Below, in pieces: positions 63,236 through 64,000 of a stretch of DNA of 64,000 nucleotides. A program made the translations under genes and the position numbers. This DNA comes from Myxococcota bacterium. Lineage in GTDB: Bacteria; Myxococcota_A; UBA796; SXON01. The first letter of the stretch is position 1. Every line of letters begins with the position of its first letter. The stretch spans positions 44,314 through 108,313 of the forward strand of contig JAZKFH010000027.1 of NCBI GenBank assembly GCA_040386535.1, in the 5' to 3' direction. Below the pieces are notes generated by a model. It was not told where the DNA came from. It searched no databases and saw nothing but the letters and a program-made list of their open reading frames with translations.

Positions 63236-64000
63236 GCGCCCCCCGTTATCGCGGTCCCCGTTGCCAGGGCGGACGGGCGCCCTGGAACCGGAGGCGTCGC
63301 AAAGCGCATGACACGGAAATGCGTTTTCGCCGAAGATCCGCTCGGCGTCGGGTTTTCCAGTGGTTTTCCACAAGCGGAAGGGTGTCGTGGGGGACAGATG
63401 ACAGCACAAGCGCATCTCCGCGCCACCTGTCAACAGTAGGCCGCCGGCTGATAATCGTGCATCAACGACGATGTTCGGCCTTGTCCTTCGGGTTGTCCAT
63501 AGCGATTGACGGGTCAATCAAAATCGGAGATAGATCGTTGGCTTACCTGCCTTTTTGTTGGATCGGCCATTGCGGGGCGGATCCCCTCGCGGTACTTCTC
63601 TGGGGTCAGCGCGGCTTGCTTGCCGGCAAGCGGGCGCCTCCCCACACATCTCCCGCCTCTCCTCCCCCCTTTGCTCTTCGCCAGGCGCGGACCCGCTCGT
63701 AGTGCGGCACCATGCCTGTTCCCACGTGTCCTGTTCGACCTGTACCGGTCGCGCACGCGTGGGTCCGCACCTGGTTCCCCCCCGTGTTCTCGCGCGTCCC
63801 CCCGCGTTCCCCCCGCACAGGGGGGCCCCAAACGTCTCCGGAATCCCCCTCCGGATGCCCCTCGAGCCGACTCCCCTGGCTCGGGGCTCGCCCCCGCCCC
63901 CCCACGGGCGCGACGCGGCGAGACGTACGGTCCGCTCGCTCCGCTCCGCTCCCCCTGGAGCGGAGCGAGCCGCCGCGCGCGACGATGCCGCGCCGCCCCG

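Overview
Very GC-rich bacterial chromosome segment, probably Myxococcota-like (inferred from MYXO-CTERM-like tails, MopE-type Cys/Asp repeats and FG-GAP proteins). The left end carries clpP-clpX-lon followed by tRNA-Val(TAC) and tRNA-Asp(GTC). A ~15.2 kb integrative element (about 5014-20182) sits at the 3' CCA end of tRNA-Asp. It encodes a large serine recombinase (LSR), a divergent gene pair including a winged-helix protein, an iteron-like array, a Bro-N-like protein, a truncated primase, two inverted 168-bp MITE copies and secreted HEXXH/FG-GAP cargo. The LSR reading frame runs through the att site into the tRNA, and an alternative in-frame C-terminus lies at the far end of the element. Downstream, near-identical ~126-bp att-junction repeats delimit a 1047-bp integrase-less mini-cassette carrying a nucleotidyltransferase TA-like pair, followed by a further degenerate unit. 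Together these suggest an LSR-driven, integron-like tandem cassette array at a tRNA; this is the main candidate for a novel system and is inferred, not demonstrated. The rest is mostly core genome: c-type cytochromes, uppP, tRNA-Trp, GT-C glycosyltransferases, a Wzm-type permease, a FadL-type porin, kynA, a tandemly duplicated gene pair, kdsA, a sugar transferase, a PGM1-like ligase, ftsH, a UbiD decarboxylase, clpB, a GGDEF protein, a stand-alone rpsD and a pilin. A 51-bp palindromic tandem repeat lies at 28.1 kb. All family calls come from motif recognition by eye; no database searches were run.
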